DNA of 63,235 bases, the filler included, from Octopus bimaculoides (taxonomy: Eukaryota): NCBI RefSeq assembly GCF_001194135.2. It is 5 parts of 5 records of this genome, joined end to end, with 100 filler letters (N's around TTAATTAATTAA, not from the genome) between each part and the next. Parts side by side here need not be neighbours in the genome. Positions count along the whole stretch, not along the records: positions 1 to 2,894 come from NW_026366845.1; positions 2,995 to 28,142 come from NC_068983.1; 3 more parts are not named here. One strand, 5' to 3'. How positions within the stretch are numbered: position 1 is the first letter of the stretch; each line of letters starts with the position of its first letter. The notes beneath the pieces are model-generated. The model was not told where the DNA came from. It searched no databases and saw only the letters and a list, made by a program, of their open reading frames with translations. Made by a program: the position numbers and the translations under genes. This document shows, in pieces, positions 1-12,044 of this stretch.

Positions 1-14
1 ATATATATATATAT

Positions 15-115
15 CCAGCTGGATTCCAAAAGCGGCAAGAACACTGCAACTGGTGTATTGCTGCACAGAGTAACTATTTCGAAGGAGATGATGCATCCTT
101 TTTGATACCACCTCG
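15..115 (+). mobile_element. Mariner transposon 3' remnant, internally deleted
   Basis: From 21 translates GFQKRQEHCNWCIAAQSNYFEGD, resembling the mariner transposase C-terminus. Ends in TIR ttttgataccacctcg plus TA (116-117). Same family as 46662-47504. Confidence 0.8.
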
Positions 116-239
116 TATTTGGTTTTATATCAGAATGATGTCAAAGAGACATGTTATAACAAAAGCTAAGGACTTCATCAGTAAATAATTTTAAACCCAT
201 TATTACGTCTACCACCAACAGCACAACTATCTTCTATAC

Positions 240-578
240 CAGTGGTTCTCAATCAGGGTTCATATGGCCCCTGGGGGTCCATATAAGATTTTTGGTGGTC
301 CACATAACAAAATAGTAAATGGGAGATCCACAATAGTATTTTAAGGGCTCCTGAAAAATTTCTGCTTTAAATCTATGTATTACAAGAAACAAATAGGTTT
401 CTTTCTCTAACATTTTGCATGGTTCAACCTACACAAGTTAATGCGTGAGAAGCAAAATAAGTATTTTGAAAGAAGTTTCTATAAAACTAGTTTTTAAACA
501 ACGAATGGCTATGGGGGTCCACCAGAATAAAATAGAAATTAAAGGGATCCATAGAGAAAAAACGGTTGAGGACCCTTG
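240..578 (+). mobile_element. hAT (Charlie-like) non-autonomous MITE
   Basis: Termini cagtggttctcaa ... ggttgaggacccttg are imperfect TIRs. 8-bp TSD ttctatac (232-239) / atctatac (579-586), 7/8 identical. Confidence 0.8.
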
Positions 579-589
579 ATCTATACCAA

Positions 590-999
590 CATCAACACCA
601 CAGTAATTACCTGTACTACAACCAAGAACTACAAACACACCAGTATTGTATCACCTCCACCGCCTATACTACTATTATTGTTAGCTCTGAGCTACAACCG
701 CTCACACTATCAGTATACCACCCGCGTTATCCTTACCACCACTTTTCTCATTCCTAACTACTACCACCACAACCACCATCGCCGCCACAATTACGAACGA
801 ACACCATCACAACCATTGCAACTGCAGTATCACTATCATAACCACCACCGACACCACCAAAACCACCACTACCACCACTACAACCACCACCGCCACTATC
901 AACACTACCACCTCCAATATCACTACCATCACCACCGTTATTCACACCATTACCTCCAATATCATTGCAACCACCACCACCACCACCACCACCACCACC
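590..999. repeat. Degenerate (CAC/CAT/TAC)n low-complexity array running into a gap
   Basis: Direct inspection; source of spurious His/Thr/Pro ORFs. Confidence 0.9.
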
Positions 1000-2849
1000 A
1001 NNNNNNNNNNNNNNNNNNNNNNNNNNNNNNNNNNNNNNNNNNNNNNNNNNNNNNNNNNNNNNNNNNNNNNNNNNNNNNNNNNNNNNNNNNNNNNNNNNNN
1101 NNNNNNNNNNNNNNNNNNNNNNNNNNNNNNNNNNNNNNNNNNNNNNNNNNNNNNNNNNNNNNNNNNNNNNNNNNNNNNNNNNNNNNNNNNNNNNNNNNNN
1201 NNNNNNNNNNNNNNNNNNNNNNNNNNNNNNNNNNNNNNNNNNNNNNNNNNNNNNNNNNNNNNNNNNNNNNNNNNNNNNNNNNNNNNNNNNNNNNNNNNNN
1301 NNNNNNNNNNNNNNNNNNNNNNNNNNNNNNNNNNNNNNNNNNNNNNNNNNNNNNNNNNNNNNNNNNNNNNNNNNNNNNNNNNNNNNNNNNNNNNNNNNNN
1401 NNNNNNNNNNNNNNNNNNNNNNNNNNNNNNNNNNNNNNNNNNNNNNNNNNNNNNNNNNNNNNNNNNNNNNNNNNNNNNNNNNNNNNNNNNNNNNNNNNNN
1501 NNNNNNNNNNNNNNNNNNNNNNNNNNNNNNNNNNNNNNNNNNNNNNNNNNNNNNNNNNNNNNNNNNNNNNNNNNNNNNNNNNNNNNNNNNNNNNNNNNNN
1601 NNNNNNNNNNNNNNNNNNNNNNNNNNNNNNNNNNNNNNNNNNNNNNNNNNNNNNNNNNNNNNNNNNNNNNNNNNNNNNNNNNNNNNNNNNNNNNNNNNNN
1701 NNNNNNNNNNNNNNNNNNNNNNNNNNNNNNNNNNNNNNNNNNNNNNNNNNNNNNNNNNNNNNNNNNNNNNNNNNNNNNNNNNNNNNNNNNNNNNNNNNNN
1801 NNNNNNNNNNNNNNNNNNNNNNNNNNNNNNNNNNNNNNNNNNNNNNNNNNNNNNNNNNNNNNNNNNNNNNNNNNNNNNNNNNNNNNNNNNNNNNNNNNNN
1901 NNNNNNNNNNNNNNNNNNNNNNNNNNNNNNNNNNNNNNNNNNNNNNNNNNNNNNNNNNNNNNNNNNNNNNNNNNNNNNNNNNNNNNNCTTATGCATATAT
2001 ACTTATATATGACTGTGAGTGTGTGCATGTATTTATGTTTGTGTATATATTTGTGTATGCACGCATGTGTGTGTATGTATGCATGTATCTATGCATGTTT
2101 ATCTGCATTAGTTTGTGTGCATATTTTTCTGTGAGTTTCTATGCATCTGTGTATGTTTCTTTGCGTATGTGCATTTATGGGCGTGCGGTGTGTGTGTGTG
2201 TGTGTGCACCTTTCAGAGAAAGTGGAAGAGAGAGCAGGAGGGAGGACGGTATGTATAGAGGGGGGTGGTTGTTGTTAATTAGCCACCCTTATCCCCCACT
2301 CCGTAACCCCCAACCTGACACCGTGTGACCTTATAATATTGAAGAGCGCCAACCCCTTAAGGCAAGACAAAAGTAATAATAAATAAATAAATCCTTCCTC
2401 CTACACTTACAACACCACCACCTTAGTAGGAAAGACAATGACAACAACAACAACAAACAAATGAAATAAAACAAAAGTCGGTGTGTCCCTTATATCTGTC
2501 ACCTCATCTATTTTATTTGTCAACATTTTGTCCCTCCTCCCACCTCTAATCTAGTCCTGCCCTTCAGGTTCTTCAATTGGATCCTTGTGGGCAGGGCCTT
2601 GATGAGATTTAAAAGATCCCTTCATAGGTACGGAACAGTTCTCTCCCTCCTCTCTCACTTTATATTTGCGCGCGCGCGTGTGTGCGTGTGTGCGTGCGTG
2701 TGTGTATGCGTGATGTCGGTCCTCATATCTGTCTTCGGAATTTTTTCGTTTCTCAATCTATAACAGTCTGTTTGTCTGTCTGTCTATCTATCTCTCTATT
2801 TATCTACACACGCGCACAGGAACATAAACATACTCACACAGAGCATATT

Positions 2850-3035
2850 TTACTTGTTTCAGTCATTTGACTGCGGTCATGCTGGAGCACCGCCNNNNNN
2901 NNNNNNNNNNNNNNNNNNNNNNNNNNNNNNNNNNNNNNTTAATTAATTAANNNNNNNNNNNNNNNNNNNNNNNNNNNNNNNNNNNNNNNNNNNNAGCATG
3001 GCCGCAGTCAAATGACTGAAACGAGTAAAGGAGTA
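2850..3035. mobile_element. Two SINE (family C) 3' ends in inverted orientation flanking a linker gap
   Basis: ttttacttgtttcagtcatttgactgcggtcatgctggagcaccgcc (to 2894) and agcatggccgcagtcaaatgactgaaacgagtaaag (from 2995) are near reverse complements. Confidence 0.85.
2939..2950. other. Assembly linker TTAATTAATTAA (also 28187-28198, 57276-57287, 61198-61209)
   Basis: Each sits between N runs of about 44 bases forming a 100-bp gap, and has stops in all six frames. Confidence 0.95.
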
Positions 3036-3037
3036 AA

Positions 3038-3102
<65 letters not shown>

Positions 3103-4072
3103 CTGAGATATGCCCTCAAACATATACATGTTTGCAATAATATTTACACATACACATATAAAGACTCCACCCATTGTAACATATCTTATGTCCACCTGTT
3201 ACTCTGCACATTGCTCTGCCTATTGTCAACTAGTAACAAGTTCTTTTTCTACCTATTTCTAGGAGACATTTTATACCCAACCTTTTAACGAGTATTCTGT
3301 CTATCATCTGTTATCTAAAATATACACATGTAAAATACATTCAAATATTACAATAAATGTTAATTGCTTCAATGGAGATTTTGTTTGATTTTTAAAATTT
3401 CATTTTCAATTTTGTGCAGTTACTATTTTGTACTACATAGTTTAAAATTGTAGATTTTCCTGATGATGGTGGTGGTGGGGTGACAATGATGATGATGATG
3501 ATGGCAATGATGATGATGATGGCAATGATGATGATGATCATCATGAATAACAGGTAAGTTTCGTTCAATAAGAAACAGTAAACAAGACTGATCATTAGTT
3601 TATATCAAAGATTGTTTAATTAGTTCTTTTATTATCTTCCCACTTAATCTAAGCTCTTAAATTAACAATTACAAATTCTATAGTTCCTTCTTCATCATTT
3701 TTGTCATTTTTTTTTTATTCCTTGTGTTGTGCTTTTCTTGGACCAAAAGATATTCTGTTTCACATTTACCATAACAGAAAGTTGTTTATTATTTACTTCT
3801 GTACTCTGCACAAAGCTGAAAGCTTTGAACTAGCTATCCTATGTTAGATTAGTCAGAATTTGTTGCATACACTTAAGCATTCTTCAATGTCTAAATTGCT
3901 TTCTTCTCCTTGCTCATAATTTGTTGTTTACATAAGCAAAATTGCTGTTCTGACCTTGAATACATGTCTCTTACCATGTACATTCTGTCTGATGTGGAGC
4001 CACCCCAACCAATACAGAGGTGGAGATAAAGGTGCAGAAAGGGAGATTAGTTATTATATTTAGGAGGCTATA

Positions 4073-4300
4073 AAGGTGATAAGTTGGTGGAGTTGTTAGC
4101 ACACTGGACAAAATGCTTAGTGGTATTTCTTTCAGCTTTACTGTTTGCATTCAAATTCCATTGAGGTTAGCTTTGCCTTTCATCTTTTCAATGTTGATAA
4201 AATAAGTACCAGCTGAGCACTGAGGGTGATGTAATCAACAAAGCCTTTCCCCTAAAAAAAAAAAAAAAATCAGGCTTTGTTTGTATAACAGAAAGAAAGA
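4073..4300 (+). mobile_element. Old degenerate SINE, family A
   Basis: Contains ttcaaattccattgaggttagctttgcctttcatc ... aaataagtaccag, the core shared with the younger family A copies. Confidence 0.7.
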
Positions 4301-4343
4301 AAAGGAAAATTTAGAAGGCTACACATTGATGGTTAGGACATCT

Positions 4344-4573
4344 TATTTCTTTATTGCCCACAAGGGGCTAAACATAGAGGGGACAAACAAGGACAGACAA
4401 AGGGATTAAGTCGATTACATCGACCCCAGTTTGTAACTGGTACTTAATTTATCTACCCTGAAAGGATGAAAGGCAAAGTTGACCTCAGCGGAATTTGAAC
4501 TCTGAATGTAAAGACAGACGAAATACTGCTAAGCGTTTCGCCCGGTGTGCTACCGTTTCTGCCAGCTCGCCGC
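4344..4573 (-). mobile_element. Full-length SINE, family A (tRNA-like head)
   Basis: Reverse complement of the head gcggcgagctggcagaaacggtagcac, B-box-like gttcaaattcc. Perfect 14-bp TSD tggttaggacatct (4330-4343 / 4574-4587). Confidence 0.92.
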
Positions 4574-4984
4574 TGGTTAGGACATCTAAGCTTCAGATGA
4601 GACAAACAACATTAAAATCAAATCTGTGGCATGTTTTCTCACTGTACTTTCTTATGTGACAGAAATACCTGAACAATGGCTTAAATACTCAATGCCATAA
4701 GATACTTATTTCCTGCTGACATGATCCACAAGGCCCCTGCTATAGAGACATTCTATAAGATAATGATTATACCTTTGATACTGTTTGAAATAACTAGGAG
4801 TGAGACTGCTTCAGAGGAGAGAAAATCCTAGCGACTGATTATTCAACAACAGAAATTAACTCAAGCTAACAAGGGAGTTTTAATATGGTTTTATTACTGA
4901 TAGGAATTAACAGCTAAATCTCTCTCAAATCTCATTCTACTGTCTTTTATTTAGTAGTGATATACTATAGTTTTTATTTTTGTC

Positions 4985-5165
4985 TTCTATCTTTTACTTA
5001 TTTTTGTCATTGGACTGTGGCCATGCTGGAGGCTCTGCCTCAATGGGTTTAGTAGGAAAAATCAACCCCAGTATTTACTTTTTTAAGCCTGTTATTTAGT
5101 TGCTAAGATACAGAACTGTAAACAAACAACATTAGTTGTCAAGTGCTGGTGAAGGACAAAGACAC
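4985..5165 (-). mobile_element. SINE family C, 3' half, degenerate
   Basis: gtcattggactgtggccatgctggag ... caaccccagtatttac ... ggacaaa followed by a CA repeat, matching the other family C copies. Confidence 0.75.
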
Positions 5166-6000
5166 ACACACACACACACACACACACATGCACACGTACA
5201 CACCTTATATAATTTGGTCCATTGTGTTTAGGGCATTTTTAGTGTAACAAACTGTCACACTGAACATAGCCATTCACCAACATTAGCTACTGATCATGAT
5301 ACATGATTTTTACTTGATCTACAAAATCAGTGTCTGTAGCTGGTGAAGCATAGCACAGAAACACAGTTGTCCTATGATCTGATGATGTCATTCATAAAAC
5401 TCATGGCTATGTTTTCACATATATTGTTCACAAGGAGAGTTTTCTCTCAAGATAATTTCTGCAGCAAAAGTCTTTCCACATCTGAGTGTACATAAAAATA
5501 TTGAATATTTAAATATAATTGTATACATGTGTGTGTNNNNNNNNNNNNNNNNNNNNNNNNNNNNNNNNNNNNNNNNNNNNNNNNNNNNNNNNNNNNNNNN
5601 NNNNNNNNNNNNNNNNNNNNNNNNNNNNNNNNNNNNNNNNNNNNNNNNNNNNNNNNNNNNNNNNNNNNNNNNNNNNNNNNNNNNNNNNNNNNNNNNNNNN
5701 NNNNNNNNNNNNNNNNNNNNNNNNNNNNNNNNNNNNNNNNNNNNNNNNNNNNNNNNNNNNNNNNNNNNNNNNNNNNNNNNNNNNNNNNNNNNNNNNNNNN
5801 NNNNNNNNNNNNNNNNNNNNNNNNNNNNNNNNNNNNNNNNNNNNNNNNNNNNNNNNNNNNNNNNNNNNNNNNNNNNNNNNNNNNNNNNNNNNNNNNNNNN
5901 NNNNNNNNNNNNNNNNNNNNNNNNNNNNNNNNNNNNNNNNNNNNNNNNNNNNNNNNNNNNNNNNNNNNNNNNNNNNNNNNNNNNNNNNNNNNNNNNNNNN

Positions 6001-6033
<33 letters not shown>

Positions 6034-6069
6034 ATATTTTATATTTATACATACACATACATACCTTAC

Positions 6070-6164
6070 CTAACTTCTAACACAGAAGACATTGTACTGG
6101 TCTATTGTTAAGATAATGCTAGTCCTGGCTGACACCCAATCTCTGTACAATGAATTTTAACAAG
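6070..6164 (-). other. Candidate 95-nt exon, mostly non-coding, possible ATG (MSSVLEV-)
   Basis: Minus-strand acceptor tttctttttag and donor TAG|gtaagg. All three frames are closed from the acceptor; an ATG near the 3' end is open to the donor. Confidence 0.3.
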
Positions 6165-6449
6165 CTAAAAAGAAATAAAAACTGCACACCTTGCATCATG
6201 TCAAGCTTCACACAAACCACACCCATAGACCATCGACACAATGAAAGAAAAGTACTGAAAGTAAAAAGCCACCTGAACATGTGAGAAGCAAATTTAGTTA
6301 CTGTAACAAGTTGAAATCTTTGTACTCCTTGCCATTGTATGTCTAACCCGCTGCCCTAACCACTGGGTTAAAATTTATGAGCAATAAATTAGTTGTACTT
6401 CTACAATACACAAAATAGCTTAATTTTTTTTTATATAACAATTCCTAAT

Positions 6450-6568
6450 AATATTTAATTATAAAAATACAATAGGATTTTTTTTAAACATCGAATGGCT
6501 ATGGCAGTCCACCTGAGTGAAATAGGCATCAAAGGGGTCCGTAGGTAAAAAATGGTTGAACATCACTG
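6450..6568 (+). mobile_element. 3' part of the same hAT MITE family as 240-578
   Basis: Shares aatggctatgg...gtccac...aaatag...aaagggg tcc...aaaaaatggttgaa...cactg with 500-578. Confidence 0.75.
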
Positions 6569-6724
6569 TGTTAAAGTGTGCAATGGGATCCTCAGGCAGA
6601 CATTGGTATGGTATATATGTCACTTTACCCCATGGAAAAAGTACCAAATCTACCCGAAAATCACATTCCACCTGGTTTAATAAAAGGACACATTGGATAA
6701 TGCATTCCTGGGTACACTATGTAT

Positions 6725-6988
6725 TTTTCATCATTTATCTTTTACTTACTTGCAGCTACACATTGACCCCAGTACTTATTTTAAAGTCTGGTACTTATTC
6801 TATCAGTTTCCTTTTGCTGAACCACTAAATTATAGGATCATAAACAAACTAACACTAGTTGCCAAATATTGTACGGTAGATGGGTGGATGGAGGGACAAA
6901 CACATACAGAAAGGCACACACATTCATTTATATGCATATGTATGTATGGGTAGATGGATGCATTTATGTACGTACATACATACATACA

Positions 6989-7019
<31 letters not shown>

Positions 7020-7175
7020 GTGTGATGGACATCTATAGAGTTTCCATCTACCAAACTCATTCACAGGGCTTTGGTTGAGCTAGAGTTATAGTAGAAGACA
7101 CTTGACCAAGGTGCTATGCAGTGGGACAGACCCTGAAACCAAATGCTTGCAAAGCAAACTGCTTAACTGCACAAC
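6725..7175 (-). mobile_element. SINE family C, old full-length copy with internal (TACA)n
   Basis: gaccccagtacttattttaaagtctggtacttattctatc ... tatagtagaagacacttgaccaaggtgctatgcagtgggac. Confidence 0.8.
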
Positions 7176-7599
7176 CATGCAGGCATGGAGAAAAGAAAGG
7201 ACGGCCATTGCTAGAATGCTTTTCATTAAAGGTCTGTTCAAATGAAGCTGATTTGGGGATAGACAGCAACAACAACAACAACACAGAAACTATACTTATT
7301 TCTCTTTAACAACAACAACAAAAAAATTATTCACTATTTGTAACCCATCTCCACTGTCCAGGTTACACAATATGTTCTACTTTCAGTATAGTGGTGTCTG
7401 TGTTTCCATAGAATCCACACTTCCCATGACTCACCTCAACAACAAATACTTCCAGTTACTCGTCAATAACAACAGGTCAAATCTTCTGCTACTTTAAATC
7501 AGCTAGCTGGTAGAATTAAGCCAATTATATAATAACTACCCTTTGCAGCTAATGTATTTTATCTTTAGCCCATCAAGGAAGATGGTTAAGTGGTTGATT

Positions 7600-8620
7600 A
7601 ATACTGAAATCCCCCTGACAATAAAAATCCTACAGCACCAAGTAGTTCACAATCAGCTGTACTGACAAAGAACAGTGCCTACAACACCATGAGAAAGTCA
7701 ATTGTTGTTACTGAAAAGCTTCCATCTCCTATAACAGCACTTACAATATAGTACTAACTGTATAGTACTCTTTTGCTCTGCACAATCTGTGAGCCCTTTT
7801 GCCTCCTAATCTGGTCTATGTCCCTCCTCAAGAAGGTTCTCTAGTAACTTTACAAAATCCTCTTCTACTATGAAATCAAGATTTGTAAAAACCTGATTGC
7901 AAATAAAGTACCACATTTCCTGTCTACTCTTTTTTGTAGCTCCACATACACAACAAAGCCCCTTGAATCTCAGCTTCTCAATCCCACCTGGTTCATTATT
8001 ACATGCTAAAAGTTATCAATGGGAAAAAAACTTCTTATTACACCAACTCACTGAAGTAACCAGAAAGATACTTCCTTATCACTCTCACTTCTGTCATCTT
8101 AACAATTATAGAGACAGCTGTAAACAACCATTTCCTTTATCACATGGGGAATCTGCCACATCTCAATAACTATCACTATAGCTTCCATAGAGCCAGATGT
8201 TCTGGAGGCTTGTTTTCCTACATAACACACAAATGGTCCCAAATCTTCGAGATTTTTGGCTCAAATGTTGTTGTTGCAATCTATGAATTTCATTCAACTA
8301 TGAGAAGTTTTCTGTTAAACTATCCCATTATAAAGTGTTGATAGGATGTCCTTTAACCCCTATCTTACAGTGTCTGGTGTATCTAAGACTTCAGTTATAT
8401 GTCTCCTACACTCTTCTATCTGTATATTAAGATCCTTATAGTTACTAATGACCAAACACACACTCCTGTGCATATGATACCACCTCTTCACTTCTCCTCA
8501 ACATTTTACATACAGATGACATCTACATCCAACGTCACATGAACTTCTATTGCTTCCATGAGCAGGGTCTTTGGGCTTATCTGCCAATGAGGTCATGACA
8601 AATTAATCTTCTTTAACACA
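7600..8620 (+). mobile_element. Decayed CR1/L2/Jockey-group LINE, reverse transcriptase (RT) region
   Basis: The ORF pieces APHTQQSPLNLSFS and LNNYHYSFHRARCSGGLFSYITHKWSQIFEIFGSNVVVAI resemble the RT pattern QYGFR.RSTGDLL..TH.W...E.FG...VVALD. Many frameshifts; ends approximate. Confidence 0.7.
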
Positions 8621-11293
8621 ACTAACCTGCAGTCACTGCACATATGTAGTACACACACACACGCACACACACTTAATGCATTGCTGGATCACCACCAAAA
8701 GTACCTTCATCTTTCTGATGTAGTGTATCATATTTTTGTTTTAATTTAACTGGAAATCAGAGGTTCAATGAGGAAGTAAAATGAAACAGCTCAAGCAAGT
8801 ATCAAAGTTGCATTGCAGATTCAGGGTTCAGTTTGTTCACAGCTTACAACTTTATGGTGCTTGCAAGTAGTCACACAAACATACAGTCATCATTGTCACT
8901 ACCATTTACTAATCATTGTTACTGCAAAAAATCTCAACCCATTCTCTTATATATCAGAGGTAAATCATACAAAAATCCTGAAATGTTGTGATAATAATGT
9001 CTAACAAATAAATTGAACTACAAAAAAAAGTGGTAGTAATTAGGTAAATGCATTACCAGGGGCCTGACTGGTTGCTATCAGTTTGGGCTGGTTACCATCA
9101 AGATGTCATGTGTTCTAGGGCTCCATACTACTGATTGCCTCTGCAAAATAGGGATAAGAGTGGCCTGTCAGAAAAATGAGCCCCATACGGTGGAGTGGCT
9201 GTTGAATTGAGTGTTGCTGGCCATTCTCTGCAGCAATGCCATTGTGGTCATTACTGTGGGATGCAGCTGATCACACCATTTGTTCTGGGATATACAGTCT
9301 ATCATCTCCTCTTCTTCCATCGTCTGCTGCTTTACCCCTCCCCATTTTTTCCTTTTCTTTCTTTTCCTTTTCTTTCTTTTCCTTTCTGATCTCTCTTTTT
9401 TCTTGTTTCTTTGTATTTAAATTTTTAAAAATTACATAAATTTATCAATCACTTATATTAATCCAATCTTTGCAAAAGTCTAATAAACTGCATCATTTTA
9501 AATCCATGTAGTAAACTTCTTATAGTAAACTTCTTGTTGTAAATTTCTTTCAAAGTTTTAGATTTGAAATAATATTTGTCAGTGTTTTTTTTTTTTAATT
9601 TAAACTAATAAATGCACTAAGCATGTAAAAATATATTATATTCATTTGCATACTTTTATTTTGATTAAATTTAGTATAAGTAAATGTCATAAGTTTTCTC
9701 ATTTTAAAGTTAAACTATTATTGCAATTCTGCTAACTCATATGCAATTGTAAATTTGAAATCATTTTTAGAGGTAAAGTATATTCTTCTGTTATCTCAGT
9801 GACATAAGTTTAGGGAGTAATTAGTTTTGGAATTGGATTAGTTTACAGAACTACTGTTGGTGTAAGAAACATTTCTATAAAAATCATGCAAAATAAGGTT
9901 ATTGATGTTGTACAGATATAATATATAAGATGTTGATGTTGTGTGGCTATAATATATGGGTAGTATATAAATGCTCAGAATTTGCAGTGACTTGAAAGAA
10001 ATGAATTATTTTGATCTCAAAGGAATGTCTTGTTTATGCTTTATTGAATATTTATTGTTGACATAAAGGTCGCACACAAATAGTTTGAGGAAAGGTTTGA
10101 GAAGCTACATTTACTGAATTAACTATATTAGTATTGATATGTAATGTAAATGAATAATACAGGGTTAGCAAAGAGGAGTGCTGTAGATTCAATGAAATAC
10201 CAACACATGCATGTGAGTGTGTGCGCGTGCGCACGCTCACACACACATACACACACACTCACATGAATATTTTATTCTCTTACTTGTTTTTCCTGAAGTA
10301 AAAACATAATTTTTTTAAAGGAAGTGCAGTTCACACTTCTTTAAACATATAGTTACATTCAGATTAAAATATTTTAAACGAGCTTCATGTTGTTCTAAAT
10401 GACAAGACATGAGGCCATAACTTTCAAGTTGAAGAGACAAGAATGTGAAAAAATTCTTCTTTGTGATTCCACACCTTACATGAAGTACCTTGAGGTTGTC
10501 AAATAGCTTGCAGTATATACATGTAACTATTCAGTTTTAGATAGTGTTTTATTAAGATCGTTTGTGTAAGCCAACTTGTCAGTCATTAGGCAATTTTTCT
10601 GCAATACCTATTGCACAGAAATAGCTTATCTGTTACCCAAAATATAACATAATAAATATTGTATGATTTTATTACCTATAACAATAGATGGGAAGTACTT
10701 ATTTTATTGATTCAGTGGATGCTGAAAAACTCAGTTTACTTATTATGTCATATGCTGTGTAGAGACCTTGATTGCTTTTTCTAAAAGCATCCCCACATTT
10801 TGTATATCTGAAGAAGAGAATACTCATGATACCATGTATACAGGGTATGAGGAAAATCAAAAGGGAATTAAAAGTACAATAGCTAGGCTGTTAGTCACAT
10901 GTTCTCATTAACTTTTGTTTGAACTGCAAAAAAAAAAAAAACCCTTATGGTAAGACTAAGTATGTTTAAACACACACAGTGGATTATTTTGTATACTGTG
11001 TTCTGCTATGTATAATTAGTCATAGTCAACCAGTAGTATTTGAACCTATTAAACAACATTGAACATAAGTTAAAAACTGATAAACAATGAAGTTGTAGAT
11101 CTTTTTAATGCACTTGTGACCAAAGAAACTTCATCTCTTAATCATGATAATGGTTTAGTAAGTGAGCTAGAAACTAGCCTAGACACCTACATTGACACTA
11201 ACACCTTATAAGTGAACTCCTATAAAGAGGTTTACAAAACTGTTCAACTGAAAATAAGTGGCAGTAGGTAATGGATATAACAATGGTTATGGT

Positions 11294-11735
11294 CAGGGTG
11301 GTCTTAGCAGCATTATAGGCTCCTGAGCAAATCAATGCACTGGTTTCTATACTGTCTACTTATTGACAGCAAGCCACAGATTAGAATAGGACTCCTAGAC
11401 GCTTGGGGTTCCTGGACAACTTTCCAGTATACCCCTTAGCAGCATAATAGGCCCCTGAGCAAACCAATGCACTAGGCCCTATAATATTTATTTATTGACA
11501 GTGAGTCACTGTGTACATCAATTAGAATAGAGTGCCTAGATACTTGGAGCCCTTGGATAACTACCCAGTGTACCCCTTAGCAGCATTATAGGTCCCCGAG
11601 CGAACCAATGCACTGGACTCTTTAGTATTTATTTATTGACAGCAAGTCATGACATGTATAGATTAGAATAGGGTCTCCAGAACCTTGGAATCCTTAAGCA
11701 ACTGCCCTGTGTACCCATGTCTTAAGGCAGCACTG
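11294..11735 (+). mobile_element. Probable hAT-type MITE with three internal tandem units of 132-143 bp
   Basis: Units start ttagcagcat at 11304, 11436 and 11577. Termini cagggtggtctta / taaggcagcactg are imperfect inverted repeats. Confidence 0.65.
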
Positions 11736-11810
11736 GCTGTAGCAGACAATTGGTTGAAGCAGACCCACTATGATACTGGTTGTAATACACTTACCAGGGT
11801 TGTAACTTAC

Positions 11811-11877
11811 CTCTGCTATAGAATGTTCAAGACAAAGCTTGATGACAGTTTACTTCTAAATAATGACTCAAGGTCTT
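11811..11877 (-). other. Candidate 67-nt non-coding exon
   Basis: Strong minus-strand polypyrimidine acceptor ttctatttttcttttttatatgattcattatag and donor GAG|gtaagt. Stops in all frames. Confidence 0.3.
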
Positions 11878-12044
11878 CTATAATGAATCATATAAAAAAG
11901 AAAAATAGAAGGGGTATGATCACCCTTTAAGAGGATTAGCTTCAACAAAATGATAATTTCTGATTTTGTTCCAAAGTGACAAATTTATAATGAAAGTGTA
12001 GAATTGAAAGTACTAAACCATGTATATTATTAGTATTTATAATA

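Noticed and set aside
3452-3553. Plus segment ending CAG|gtaagt
   Set aside because: The body is an (ATG)n microsatellite and the acceptor is weak.
11294-11735. CRISPR-like periodicity
   Set aside because: Whole units are homologous with no unique spacers, and the context is eukaryotic.
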